64,000 bases of DNA from an uncultured Gemmatimonadales bacterium (GTDB taxonomy: Bacteria > Gemmatimonadota > Gemmatimonadetes > Gemmatimonadales > GWC2-71-9), in the NCBI GenBank assembly GCA_963748815.1, contig CAVVKJ010000010.1, positions 928,001 through 992,000 on the forward strand, written 5' to 3'. Below, piece after piece: positions 16,633 through 25,845 of this stretch (the first letter of the stretch is position 1; the number at the start of each line of letters is the position of its first letter). The notes under the pieces were generated by a model, which worked only from the letters and a program-made list of their open reading frames with translations, was not told where the DNA came from and searched no databases. The translations under genes were made by a program, and so were the position numbers.

Positions 16633-17057
16633 CAGTCGATGACCTCCAGCCCCATCGAGCGGGCGGTGCCGGCGATCATCCGCATGGCACTCTCCACCGA
16701 CGCGGCGTTCAGGTCGGCCATCTTGATCTCGGCGATCTTCTTGAGCTGCGCCGAGCTGACCTTGCCGACCTTGGTCCGGTTGGGCTGTGCGCTCCCCTTC
16801 TCGAGCCCCGCCTCCTTCAGCAGGAGGTTCGGCGCCGGCGGGGTCTTGGTGATGAACGTGAACGTCCGGTCGGCGTAAATCGTTACGACGACCGGGATCA
16901 CCATTCCGCTTTGGCTCTGGGTCCGCGCGTTGAACTGCTTGCAGAATTCCATGATGTTGACGCCGTGCGGGCCCAGCGCCGTCCCGACCGGGGGCGCGGG
17001 GTTCGCGGCGCCAGCCGGAACCTGCAGCTTGACGAGCGCCTGAATCTTCTTGGCCAT
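16632..17057 (-). CDS. rplK: 50S ribosomal protein L11
   Basis: [12 protein letters not shown]...FCKQFN...GTARSMG. Confidence 0.98.
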   Translation of the reverse strand: MAKKIQALVKLQVPAGAANPAPPVGTALGPHGVNIMEFCKQFNARTQSQSGMVIPVVVTIYADRTFTFITKTPPAPNLLLKEAGLEKGSAQPNRTKVGKVSSAQLKKIAEIKMADLNAASVESAMRMIAGTARSMGLEVID

Positions 17058-17066
17058 GCGACTCCT

Positions 17067-17106
17067 CGTAGTGCGCCGGGGCGGTAGGCGGCCCCTGGCT
17101 CCCGCG
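17067..17106 (-). promoter_or_regulatory. Putative L1 autoregulatory mRNA site upstream of rplK
   Basis: Minus strand GCGGGAGCCAGGGG...CCCCGGCGCACTAC just before the GAGGAG SD resembles the GGGAG-stem-GGCG internal loop of L1-binding leaders. Confidence 0.45.
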
Positions 17107-17162
17107 TATGCCGCGCGGTGGCGGTGCGCCCCCGAAGGGGCGCAAGAGCGGCGCCTGCCGCC

Positions 17163-17705
17163 CTAGTGCCCGCGGAGCTGGAGGTAGTCCAGTTCCACGG
17201 TGGTCGGCCGCCCGAAGAGGCTGACCGACACCTTGACCTTGCCCTTGTCGGCCAGCACTTCCTCGACCGTCCCGCTGAAGTCGGAGAAGGGGCCTTCCGT
17301 GATTTCCACCACCTGGCCGGGGAGGAAGGGAATCTCCTCCTTCGGCTCCGCGTCCGACGACTGCTCGACGACGCCGAGGAGCCGGTTGACTTCCTCCTGG
17401 CGGAGCGGCTGCGGCAGCTTGCCGGTGCCGACGAACTTGATCACGCCCTGGATGCTGTTGACCAGGTGCAGCGCTTCCTGGCTCAGCCCCATTTCCACGA
17501 GCACGTAGCCCGGGTAGAGCTTCCGCTCGACGGTGACCTTCTTGCCGTTCTTGATCTCGACCGCTTCCTGCACCGGCACCAGCGCCTGGCGCACCAGCCG
17601 TTCCTCGGCCGGACGCGGATCCTCCTCGATGCGACGCTGCAGCAGGCCACGCACCTTGTTCTCGTGCCCGGCGGTCGTCTGGATCGCGTACCAGCGGTAT
17701 TCCAT
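17163..17705 (-). CDS. nusG: Transcription termination/antitermination factor NusG
   Basis: [18 protein letters not shown] and KOW motif [14 protein letters not shown]...FGRPT.VEL. Confidence 0.97.
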   Translation of the reverse strand: MEYRWYAIQTTAGHENKVRGLLQRRIEEDPRPAEERLVRQALVPVQEAVEIKNGKKVTVERKLYPGYVLVEMGLSQEALHLVNSIQGVIKFVGTGKLPQPLRQEEVNRLLGVVEQSSDAEPKEEIPFLPGQVVEITEGPFSDFSGTVEEVLADKGKVKVSVSLFGRPTTVELDYLQLRGH

Positions 17706-17710
17706 GGCGA

Positions 17711-17965
17711 TCACCGGGCCAGCTTGGCGATGCCGTCCACCAGGATCAGTTGCAGCAGCAGGTCCATCCAGCCGATCAGGAACCCGAGCGCGACCGACAT
17801 GATGATGATCATGCGCGTCGCCTTGCTCAGCTCGTCGCGCGACGGCCACGAGACCTTCTTGGTCTCGGTGCGCACCGCGGCGAGGAAGTCCCCGGTCCGG
17901 CGGAACCAGCCCACGACGCCACCGGTGGTCGCGACCGCCGCCCCACCCTGCTCGGAGCCTTTCAT
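17711..17965 (-). CDS. secE: Preprotein translocase SecE
   Basis: [13 protein letters not shown] followed by one TM helix; upstream of nusG. Confidence 0.93.
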   Translation of the reverse strand: MKGSEQGGAAVATTGGVVGWFRRTGDFLAAVRTETKKVSWPSRDELSKATRMIIIMSVALGFLIGWMDLLLQLILVDGIAKLAR

Positions 17966-17967
17966 GA

Positions 17968-18120
17968 CTACTTCGACTCCTTGTGCAGCTGGTGCTTGTC
18001 GCACCGGGGGCAATACTTCTTCCACTCGACCCGCTCCGGGTGCTTGCGCCGGTTCTTGTCGGTGAAGTAGTTCCGGTTCTTGCAGTCCGTGCACTCGAGA
18101 ATGATCTTTTCGCGCGGCAT
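17968..18120 (-). CDS. rpmG: 50S ribosomal protein L33 (Zn-binding C+ type); absent from the ORF track
   Basis: Manual translation: [50 protein letters not shown]. Confidence 0.95.
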   Translation of the reverse strand: MPREKIILECTDCKNRNYFTDKNRRKHPERVEWKKYCPRCDKHQLHKESK

Positions 18121-18126
18121 ATGTCA

Positions 18127-18158
18127 GCGGGAAAGCGGGGACGCGGGGAAGCGGGGAA
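18127..18158. repeat. GCGGGGAA-type tandem repeat (4 imperfect units)
   Basis: gcgggaaa gcggggac gcggggaa gcggggaa. Confidence 0.7.
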
Positions 18159-18246
18159 GGAGCCAAGCCCTAACCGCCGATCCGACTCTCCGCCTGTCCG
18201 CCCTCCGTAAGAGTTGTTCCCCGGCGCCCAGCGACGCCCCTGCCAG

Positions 18247-18319
18247 AGCTCGCGATCGGGATTGAACCGATGACCTCATCCTTACCAAGGATGTGCTCTA
18301 CCAACTGAGCTACGCGAGC
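18247..18319 (-). tRNA. tRNA-Thr(GGT)
   Basis: GCTCGCG acceptor stem, TAGCTCAGTTGGTAGAGC D-arm, anticodon GGT, GGTTCAATCC T-loop; CCA not encoded. Confidence 0.96.
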
Positions 18320-18333
18320 GACTACTTGCCCAG

Positions 18334-18406
18334 AGCGGGCGACGGGACTCGAACCCGCGACCCTCAGCTTGGAAGGCTGACGCTCTACCAACTGAGCTAC
18401 ACCCGC
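18334..18406 (-). tRNA. tRNA-Gly(TCC)
   Basis: GCGGGTG stem, anticodon TCC, GGTTCGAGTCC. Confidence 0.96.
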
Positions 18407-18444
18407 CGGTGTCCTGCTGCCTGGCCATGTCCCACCGCCAGGCA

Positions 18445-18528
18445 TGGTGGGGGTAGGATTCGAACCTACGTAGGGCGAAGCCCGGCAGATTTACAGTCTG
18501 CTGCCATTAGCCACTCGGCCACCCCACC
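18445..18528 (-). tRNA. tRNA-Tyr(GTA)
   Basis: GGTGGGG stem, GCAGACTGTAAATCTGC anticodon arm, long variable arm. Confidence 0.96.
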
Positions 18529-18610
18529 GCGCTGCCTGCTACCCCCCGATACAGAACCCCGCCACCTACTGGGCGGGGTTCGACCGTCGAGAGTTGTCCT
18601 GCACTTCAGC

Positions 18611-18686
18611 TGGAGCTGACGAAGGGACTCGAACCCCCAACCGGTGGTTTACAAAACCACTGCTCTACCAATTGAGCTACGTCAGC
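18611..18686 (-). tRNA. tRNA-Thr(TGT)
   Basis: GCTGACG stem, anticodon TGT, ends in CCA. Confidence 0.96.
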
Positions 18687-18712
18687 ACGAAAGCCAAAAT
18701 CGGCAGACCCAT

Positions 18713-18741
18713 ATGATAGAAGGGGTTGGGGCAATAGTCAA
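18713..18741 (-). promoter_or_regulatory. Sigma70 promoter of the tRNA operon
   Basis: TTGACT-N17-TATCAT, about 26 nt upstream of tRNA-Thr(TGT). Confidence 0.8.
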
Positions 18742-18749
18742 CGGGGTGG

Positions 18750-18805
18750 GCGGGGAAGCGGGGAAGCGGGGAAGCGGGGAAGCGGGGAAGCGGGGAAGCG
18801 GGGCA
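18750..18805. repeat. (GCGGGGAA)6 + 1 imperfect unit, tandem repeat
   Basis: Read directly from the sequence. Confidence 0.9.
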
Positions 18806-18820
18806 GGAAGCTACTCCAGC

Positions 18821-18848
18821 CGTCACCCCGGCGAAAGCCGGGGTCCAG
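18821..18848. repeat. REP-like palindrome
   Basis: CGTC-ACCCCGGC-GAAA-GCCGGGGT-CCAG. Confidence 0.6.
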
Positions 18849-18884
18849 TGTCAACCAGTCCCTCGCTCCCCCCGCTGTTCCAGC

Positions 18885-19352
18885 CTAGTCGTTCAGGAAC
18901 TTGAGGTAGGACTTGATCTGGGCCCCGAAGAGGTTGATCCAGGCCTTGATGGCGCCGTCTGTGACTCCCCCAGCGAAGTCCAAGTCACTCTCCAGCACGG
19001 GGTTACGGTCACCGTCGGCGTAGGCGCGGCCGAACCGGTGGTCGGCATTCCACTCATTCATCTTGCTGGTGCTGACCTCGATGTCGCCAAAGGCGATGTA
19101 CAGCTGGGCGTCCGTGTTGTCGTTGGCCATGATGAGCAGCGCCTTCTTGTCATTCAGCTCGACACGCCAGGAGTGCTCGCCCTTCTTGGTGAAGGTCAGG
19201 TCGAGACTCCCCATGAGCGACTCCATGTGCTTGTCCGAGACCGAGGTCATCACCTCTTGTGCGCTCGCCGGGGGAGCCGCCGCAGCGAGGACCGCCACTC
19301 CGATGGCGGCGATCACGCGACGCGCGTCACGCCGTGACAGGTACAGCTGCAT
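18885..19352 (-). CDS. Exported YbjN-domain (T3SS chaperone-like fold) protein
   Basis: Signal peptide ending ASAQE; MNEWNADHRFGRAY..D.NPVLESDLDFAGGVT motif. Confidence 0.75.
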   Translation of the reverse strand: MQLYLSRRDARRVIAAIGVAVLAAAAPPASAQEVMTSVSDKHMESLMGSLDLTFTKKGEHSWRVELNDKKALLIMANDNTDAQLYIAFGDIEVSTSKMNEWNADHRFGRAYADGDRNPVLESDLDFAGGVTDGAIKAWINLFGAQIKSYLKFLND

Positions 19353-19424
19353 GGGGAATTCTCCAAGGGGGTGGCGAACGAGAGTCCGAAATGTGCTCGG
19401 GGTCATCACCTGCTACAAGCCCAC

Positions 19425-19467
19425 CCTACCCCACCCGCCACTTCGTCCCCCCTGCCCGCCCTCCAGC
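19425..19467. repeat. Degenerate duplicate of the cysS 3' end (att-like direct repeat, copy 1)
   Basis: cctaccccacccgccacttcgtcccccc-tgcccgccctccagc matches 23413-23456 with 2 mismatches and 1 gap. Confidence 0.85.
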
Positions 19468-19478
19468 ACAATCCGCAA

Positions 19479-21935
19479 TCAGGGCTGCCCACGCACCTTC
19501 GCAGGGGTGAGAATCTGGTACGCCTGGTCGTCCACCGCCGCCCCCACCTGGCCGTCCCAATTCGCGCCCCAACAATAGGCGACGCCGGCCGTGGTAATCC
19601 CACAGGTGAAGTCCAACCCGGCGCTGATCGAGGCGAACACATGCCCGCCGAGGACGGCGCGCGGAGTCGTGTAGAAAACGTCCGTGTTCAGGGAGCCGTC
19701 CCCAAGCGCCCCGGAATTATTGGAACCCCAGCAATACGCCTGTCCGCCGGTCGTGATCCCACAGGCGTGGTTGCCGCCGACGCTGATCCGCGCGAACTGA
19801 TGCCCCCCGGGCACCAGTGTGGGGAGGCTGCCGCTCCCGGGGGATCGGGGCCAACAGTACACCTCCCCACCACCGGTCAGCCCGCAGGAGCTGCCTCCGC
19901 CCGATTCGATCGCAACGAACGAGAATCCTCCCTGCACATCGACCGGCTGTGCGCTGCTTGCGGTGACGCCGTTGCCGAGCTGCCCATAGAGGTTGTCCCC
20001 CCAGCAGTAGACCTCTCCGGCTCCCGTCAACCCACAGGCGGATCCATCGGCCTGGACCACGGAGCTGAACTGGTGGCCCCCGGCGACCGCGATCGGCTGC
20101 AAACTGTTGACGGTGGAACCGTCGCCCAGCTGCCCCTTGGTGTTCCATCCCCAGCAGTATGCCGCCCCCCCCGCCTCGACCCCACAGGTAGACGTCCGCC
20201 CTGGCGACAGGCTGAAATAGCTATGGCCGCCGGTCACCGGAACCGGTACAGCTGACGACGTAGTCGACCCATCGCCGAGGTTGCCGTAGTAGTTCTGACC
20301 CCAACAGTAGGCCGCACCCGAGACGAGTCCGCAGGTGTACTGCGCTCCGGCCTTGACGCTCTCGAAGGTCAACCCGCCCTGGACCAGCGTCGGAACCGAT
20401 CGAGTTCCGGTCGTCCCATCTCCCAGCTGGCCGGAATAGTTGCTCCCCCAGCAGTAGGCGGAGCCGCCGAGATCCACGCCGCAGATGTGGTCGTCCATCA
20501 GCGAAAGTTGCGCAAAAGTGTGCCCACCTTGCACGAGCACGGGAGCGGTCAGGGCGCTGGCAGCGTTCCCAGTTCCAAGCACCCCCGATCCGTTGTCCCC
20601 CCAGCAGTACGCGTCTCCCGCCGCCACCAGACCGCAGGTCCGTTCCCACCCCGCCGAGATCGAGGTGAAGACCAGCCCGCCAGCCACGGCGGTCGGCGGA
20701 GTCAGACCGGACCACTCGGTCGTCCCGTTGCCAAGCTGGCCAAAGTCGTTGCTCCCCCAGCACCACGCCTGCCCGGTCCCGGTCAAGCCACAGGCATGCC
20801 GGGCCCCCTCGCTGACCGCCACCAACTGGGCTGGAACGGCAAGGGTGGTCGGCTGCCCACGGACCACATAATCCATGAGGCCCACGCCCCAGCACCGCAG
20901 CGTGCCCCCACCGACTCCGCAGATCTGGGGCGCATAACTGTTCGAGGCAATCTGATCGAAGCCAGTGCCACCGAGCACGGGCGCCGGTGTGCTGCTGGCG
21001 TAGCTGGTATCGTGGCCCAGCCTCCCGCTGACGTCGCTCCCCCAGCACCAGGTGGAGGCCCCGACGACCGTGGCACACGAAACGTCGCCCCCCGCAGTCA
21101 GGGTACCAAAGGTGTGGCCGCCCTGAACCATCGCGGGCGTCAGCCGACTCTGACGCGTCCCGTCCCCCAGCTGGCCGGCTCCGTTGCTGCCCCAGCAGTA
21201 CGCCGTCTGGACGGTGGAAAGGGCGCAGGTGTGCGTACCGGATCCGAACATGGAGTAGGTCAGGAGGGACGGGCGGGTGATTGACGCGAACGGCACTCCA
21301 CCGAGTACTCGCAGGGGGGCGGGCTGGTCCAGTGTCGTTCCATTCCCGAGCTGGCCGTGGGAATTGCTGCCCCAGCACCAGGCCTCTCCGCCAGCGGTCA
21401 AGCCACAACTCGCGTTGTGGCCAGTGGCAATCGACGTGAGTGTCAGTTGCCCGCTCACCTTTCTCGGGTAGCGGCTCAAAGCCAGCCCGACGTCACCGAC
21501 CCCGAGGGCACCCGCGAGGTTGCTGCCCCAGCACCAGGCGGACCCGTCCGTCATGAGCCCGCACGCCTGATTGCCGCCCGCGCTGATGGCGGCGAAGCGG
21601 AGCACCACGCCGCCCACGGAGAGGGTATCGCTCTGACCTTCGATCGTGGCCGTGACGGTAGCGACCCCGGATCCCCGACCGACCGCGTACCCCCCAGGAG
21701 AGATGGAGACGATGCCAGTGTCGCTGCTGCCCCAGGTGATTGCGCGCCCGGGGAGGGTGTCGCCGTCGGAAGCGAGGCCGACGGCACCGAGCCGAAGGCT
21801 GTCGCCGAGGAGGACGTCCGCCCGAGGGGCCGACAGCACGACACGATCCACCGGCCTGAGGTCATTGGGCTCGACCGTCTCCTCTACGCAGGCGACGACG
21901 AGGAGGGCAAGCAGCAGGGGAGGGAGGCGCTTCAT
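19479..21935 (-). CDS. Lipoprotein: Ig-like (Big_2) domain + many RCC1/BLIP-II repeats
   Basis: Lipobox VVAC; repeated H.CG....G.AYCWG.N..GQLG.G units. Confidence 0.9.
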   Translation of the reverse strand: MKRLPPLLLALLVVACVEETVEPNDLRPVDRVVLSAPRADVLLGDSLRLGAVGLASDGDTLPGRAITWGSSDTGIVSISPGGYAVGRGSGVATVTATIEGQSDTLSVGGVVLRFAAISAGGNQACGLMTDGSAWCWGSNLAGALGVGDVGLALSRYPRKVSGQLTLTSIATGHNASCGLTAGGEAWCWGSNSHGQLGNGTTLDQPAPLRVLGGVPFASITRPSLLTYSMFGSGTHTCALSTVQTAYCWGSNGAGQLGDGTRQSRLTPAMVQGGHTFGTLTAGGDVSCATVVGASTWCWGSDVSGRLGHDTSYASSTPAPVLGGTGFDQIASNSYAPQICGVGGGTLRCWGVGLMDYVVRGQPTTLAVPAQLVAVSEGARHACGLTGTGQAWCWGSNDFGQLGNGTTEWSGLTPPTAVAGGLVFTSISAGWERTCGLVAAGDAYCWGDNGSGVLGTGNAASALTAPVLVQGGHTFAQLSLMDDHICGVDLGGSAYCWGSNYSGQLGDGTTGTRSVPTLVQGGLTFESVKAGAQYTCGLVSGAAYCWGQNYYGNLGDGSTTSSAVPVPVTGGHSYFSLSPGRTSTCGVEAGGAAYCWGWNTKGQLGDGSTVNSLQPIAVAGGHQFSSVVQADGSACGLTGAGEVYCWGDNLYGQLGNGVTASSAQPVDVQGGFSFVAIESGGGSSCGLTGGGEVYCWPRSPGSGSLPTLVPGGHQFARISVGGNHACGITTGGQAYCWGSNNSGALGDGSLNTDVFYTTPRAVLGGHVFASISAGLDFTCGITTAGVAYCWGANWDGQVGAAVDDQAYQILTPAKVRGQP

Positions 21936-23308
21936 GGCGCCCAGACCGCGACGGGGAGGTAGCTGGTTGTGTTGGATTCGTTTCCGAGCTCACCCTGAAA
22001 GTTGTCTCCCCAACAGTACACCCGCTGCTGATCGGTGACGCCGCAGGTATGCGAGTATCCCGCACTGATGAAGAGGAAGCGAAGACTACCCGCGATTTCG
22101 ACGGGGGCGAGACGGTCGTCCGATGTACCGTCTCCCAGCTGCCCGGAAGAGTTGTTGCCCCAGCAATAGGCGATCCCCGCGGTCGACACACCGCAGGAGT
22201 GCGCCTCGCCGGTGCTGATCATCCGAAAGGCGATCCCACCCGATACCCGAGTGGGCACCGAACGCCCCACCTGGGTGCCCTCGCCCAACTGACCCTGATC
22301 GTTCTCTCCCCAGCACCATCCGACGCCAGCGCCATCCACTGCACACGTGGCGTGCCGGCCACCGTCGATCGACGCGTACACTCCGCTTCCCGCGACCGCA
22401 GTCGGCGTGCTCCGGGAGGTCGTCGTTCCATCGCCCAGCTGACCGGCGTCGTTCTCGCCCCAGCAATACGCCGACCCTGCTGCCGTGAGGCCGCAGAGGT
22501 GGACCCCGCCCGCAGTCAGGGACTGGAGTGCCGGCGGGGCCGAGTAGGTGGTGGGGTACACACCCGAATATCGCGACCCGAAACAGCGCACGCGATTGAC
22601 GCCGAGGATGCAACTGGTCACCACTCCCGCCACCACGGAGTTGGCCGCTCCGGTGTCGGGAAGGGCGAGGGGGACAAAACTCTGTTGCGGGATGCTGGAC
22701 CCGAAGATGCCGGCAGCGTTGTTCCCCCAGCAGTACGCGGTGCCACCGGTGCTCGCCCCGCAGGTGAAGGCAAAGCCAATCCCGATGTCCCCACCCGGGG
22801 TCACCACGCTCCACTGAATGCCGCCCGCTATCAAGGAGGGCCGCCACACCTCGCTGTAGCCGATCCCATTGCCCAGCGTCCCACCCCAGGAGTCCCCCCA
22901 GCAATACCCCTCCGCTGCCGCGGTAACAGCGCAGGTGATTGCGACGCCCGCATCGACTCGGCTGGCAGTGAAGGGTTGTACCACGGTGAGCACGGTGCTG
23001 TCGACCAGCGCCTCTGCAGCAGCGTAAATCGTCACCGGACCGCGGCCAACGGCGGTTACCCGACCCGAGGCGACCGTGGCCACCGAAGGGTCACTGCTGG
23101 CCCATTCGATAGTCCGGTGGGTGAGCGGCTCCCCCTCTGCGTCGAGGACCGTCGCCATGAGCTGGAGGGTGTCGCCAACGAGGAGCGTCGCTTCGGCGAG
23201 GTCGACCACGACGGACGCGGCGGTCCCCGTTGGACTGAGGGTCTTCTCAGTACAACCGTGTAGCACCAAGACAGCCGCGACAGCGGTGCAGAGTGCAGAG
23301 ACGCGCAT
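21932..23308 (-). CDS. Lipoprotein: Ig-like (Big_2) domain + RCC1 repeats
   Basis: Lipobox LHGC; WASSDPSVATV Ig motif; about 7 RCC1 units; ATGA overlap with the next gene. Confidence 0.9.
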   Translation of the reverse strand: MRVSALCTAVAAVLVLHGCTEKTLSPTGTAASVVVDLAEATLLVGDTLQLMATVLDAEGEPLTHRTIEWASSDPSVATVASGRVTAVGRGPVTIYAAAEALVDSTVLTVVQPFTASRVDAGVAITCAVTAAAEGYCWGDSWGGTLGNGIGYSEVWRPSLIAGGIQWSVVTPGGDIGIGFAFTCGASTGGTAYCWGNNAAGIFGSSIPQQSFVPLALPDTGAANSVVAGVVTSCILGVNRVRCFGSRYSGVYPTTYSAPPALQSLTAGGVHLCGLTAAGSAYCWGENDAGQLGDGTTTSRSTPTAVAGSGVYASIDGGRHATCAVDGAGVGWCWGENDQGQLGEGTQVGRSVPTRVSGGIAFRMISTGEAHSCGVSTAGIAYCWGNNSSGQLGDGTSDDRLAPVEIAGSLRFLFISAGYSHTCGVTDQQRVYCWGDNFQGELGNESNTTSYLPVAVWAP

Positions 23309-23412
23309 GCAGTTCTCGGATGGGGGGAGAGGGGGTAGGCTGCGGCCGCAACCAAAGCCTCTCCAATCATACTCCTACGACGCCCATGCGCCAGATCGAA
23401 ACACACCTCCCA

Positions 23413-23456
23413 CCTACCCCACCCGCCACTTCGTCCCCCCCTGACCGTCCTCCAGC
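23413..23456. repeat. cysS 3' end (direct repeat copy 2)
   Basis: Encodes LEDGQGGTKWRVG-stop; matches 19425-19467. Confidence 0.85.
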
Positions 23457-24862
23457 GTGACGCCGCGCGCCGCCAATTCATCACGAATCAGGTCCGCTTT
23501 CGCGAAGTCCCGCGCCTGCCGCGCCGCCTTCCGGGCCTGGATCCGCTCCTCGACCCAGGTGGCCAGGTCGGCGTCGGCTTCCTTCGGCGTCGGCAGGACG
23601 TCCAGCACCCCGGTGGCCCACGTGAATGCCTCCCGCGCTGCGACGGTCGCCGCCGCGCCACGATCCAGCGCCCGATTCCCCGCCGTCACGAAGTCGAAGA
23701 GCGCCGCCACCGCGCGCGGCGCGTTGAGATCATCGTCCAGCGCCGCCGAGAACTGGTCGCGGAGCTGCCGGGCCGCCCCCTCCAGCTCGGCGGTGGCCCC
23801 CTCGCCGACCGCCCCCGTCGCCCTCGTCGGCGCCCCCTCCAGGCGGGTCGCAAAGTCTCCCAGCCGCCGGAGCCCAGCCGCCGCCTGCGCAATCGACTCG
23901 TCATTGAGGTCGATCTTCTGCCGGTAGTGCGCCTGGAAGAAGAAGAGCCGCAGCGCCGCCGCGTCGACCCCGTCTTCCTTCAGGTCCCGCGCCGTGGTGA
24001 TGTTGCCGAACCGCTTGGACATCTTGGTGCCGCGAATGTTCAGGAACTCGGCATGCATCCAGACCCGCGCAAAGTCCGGCTTGCCGGTGTGGGCACAGCT
24101 CTGCGCGATCTCGTCTTCGTGATGCGGGAAGATCAGGTCCACCCCTCCGCAGTGAATGTCGAGCACGTCCACGCCCCACTTTTCCCGCAGCAGGTCGAGC
24201 GCCATCGCCGAGCATTCGAGATGCCACCCCGGCCGGCCGCGTCCGAACGGCGCGTCCCACGCCGCCTGCACCGTCTCGTCGTCGGGCTGCGCCGCCTTCC
24301 AGAGGACGAAGTCGCGGGCGTCCTCCTTGGCATACTCGTCGCTGCTCACCCGACCGCTCGCCCCCGAGCGGAGCTCGCGCTGGTCGAGCTGGCTCAGACG
24401 GCCGTAGGCCGGGAACCGCCCGATCGCGAAGTACACCGAGCCGTCCTCCCCCCGGTACGCCACCCCCTTGGCCAGCAGCGATTCCACGAGGGAGATCATC
24501 GGCGCGATGAACTGCGTGGCCCGGGGATAGGCGTGCGCCGGCTTGATGCGGAGATAGTCGCGGTCGGCAAAGAACGCCTGCGCATACGGCTCGACATGCT
24601 CGCGCAGGGTGACGCCCGCCTTCGCCGCCGCCTGGATGGTGCGGTCGTCCACGTCGGTCAGGTTCATCACGTGGAAGACCGTCAGCCCGCTCGCCTCGAG
24701 CCACCGGCGCAGGAGGTCCTCGAAGAGAAAGGTCCGGAAGTTCCCGATGTGCGCATAGTTCCAGATGGTGGGACCGCAGGTATAGAGCGACACCCGACCC
24801 GGCACCAGCGGGGCGAACGCCTCGACCTGGCGGGTCATCGTGTTGTAGAGGCGGAGCGTCAT
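23414..24862 (-). CDS. cysS: Cysteine--tRNA ligase
   Basis: CGPT, HIGN, GRPGWHLECSAM, DLIFPHHE and KMSK motifs. Confidence 0.98.
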   Translation of the reverse strand: MTLRLYNTMTRQVEAFAPLVPGRVSLYTCGPTIWNYAHIGNFRTFLFEDLLRRWLEASGLTVFHVMNLTDVDDRTIQAAAKAGVTLREHVEPYAQAFFADRDYLRIKPAHAYPRATQFIAPMISLVESLLAKGVAYRGEDGSVYFAIGRFPAYGRLSQLDQRELRSGASGRVSSDEYAKEDARDFVLWKAAQPDDETVQAAWDAPFGRGRPGWHLECSAMALDLLREKWGVDVLDIHCGGVDLIFPHHEDEIAQSCAHTGKPDFARVWMHAEFLNIRGTKMSKRFGNITTARDLKEDGVDAAALRLFFFQAHYRQKIDLNDESIAQAAAGLRRLGDFATRLEGAPTRATGAVGEGATAELEGAARQLRDQFSAALDDDLNAPRAVAALFDFVTAGNRALDRGAAATVAAREAFTWATGVLDVLPTPKEADADLATWVEERIQARKAARQARDFAKADLIRDELAARGVTLEDGQGGTKWRVG

Positions 24863-25782
24863 GCATCCCTCTCGGCGGCGTGGCCCGCGATGGCCGGCTC
24901 GCCCGCGCGGCCCCGCACGTGCACGGTGCGCTGCGGGAAGGGAATCTCGATGCCTTCGCGATCGAGGCGGTTCTTCATCCGCCGGCGGAACTCGCGGCCT
25001 GCCGCCCAGTGCCCGCCCGGCAAGGTCTTCAGGAGGGTGCGGATGACGACCGCGCTGTCAGCCAGGTTCTGGACGCCCAGGACATCGGGCGGCCCGTCGA
25101 GCTGGGGGCCCCACACACGGTCGTCCGCAAAGGCCCGGGCTTCGTCGGCAAAGACCTCCAGCACCTGATCGACCGGCGCGTCGTATCCCACGCCGACGTC
25201 CACCACGGCCCGGCTCCAGGCCCTGGTCTTGTTGCTGACGGCGCCAATCTGTCCGTTGGGGATCGTGTGGAGCACCCCTTCAAGGTCGCGCAGCTGCACG
25301 ATGCGGAGTGTCATCAATTCCACCGTTCCTGACTTGCCGACAACTTCAATGGTGTCGCCCACCGCGAACTGGTTTTCCAGAAGGATGAAGAAGCCGGCGA
25401 TGACGTCCTTGACCAACGACTGCGCTCCGAAGGACACCGCAAGGCCGAGGACGCCGGCGCCGGCCAGGATCGGGCCGATGGAGATGAACAGGTTCAGCGT
25501 AAACAGGCCGGCCAGCAGCATGACCAGCACGGTGCCAAGGCTGCGCAGGAGACCGGCGATCGTGGCGCTCCGGCGCTCGGTCGCGCTGAAGTGTGCATCA
25601 TTGCCATCGTCCGCCGCAGACACGATGCGGTCGGCGAGCTTGCCAACCAGGCGGTTGGTGACCCAGGCGGCGATCCAGATAATGACCAGGGCGATCGCCT
25701 TGCGCGCGGCGGTGGCCGGGTCCACGTGGAAGAACTCGATGGCGGAGTGAATGACGTCGCGGAGCGAAGCGAGAAACGGCAC
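24859..25782 (-). CDS. MscS-family mechanosensitive channel (YbiO-like)
   Basis: GAGVLGLAVSFGAQSLVKDVIAG, ENQFAVGD, IPNG and GIEIPFPQR motifs. Confidence 0.93.
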   Translation of the reverse strand: MPFLASLRDVIHSAIEFFHVDPATAARKAIALVIIWIAAWVTNRLVGKLADRIVSAADDGNDAHFSATERRSATIAGLLRSLGTVLVMLLAGLFTLNLFISIGPILAGAGVLGLAVSFGAQSLVKDVIAGFFILLENQFAVGDTIEVVGKSGTVELMTLRIVQLRDLEGVLHTIPNGQIGAVSNKTRAWSRAVVDVGVGYDAPVDQVLEVFADEARAFADDRVWGPQLDGPPDVLGVQNLADSAVVIRTLLKTLPGGHWAAGREFRRRMKNRLDREGIEIPFPQRTVHVRGRAGEPAIAGHAAERDA

Positions 25783-25845
25783 GGGACAACCCCTTCGGAG
25801 ACAATGAATTCGAGGGGGTAACCTAGACCGGGGCCGCGCACGCCG

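Noticed and set aside
18247..18900. Prophage or ICE integration at the tRNA cluster
   Set aside because: No integrase, phage genes or duplicated tRNA 3' end found in the window.
19479..23308. Diversity-generating retroelement in the RCC1 genes
   Set aside because: No reverse transcriptase and no TR/VR pair differing only at adenines; the repeats are ordinary RCC1 units.
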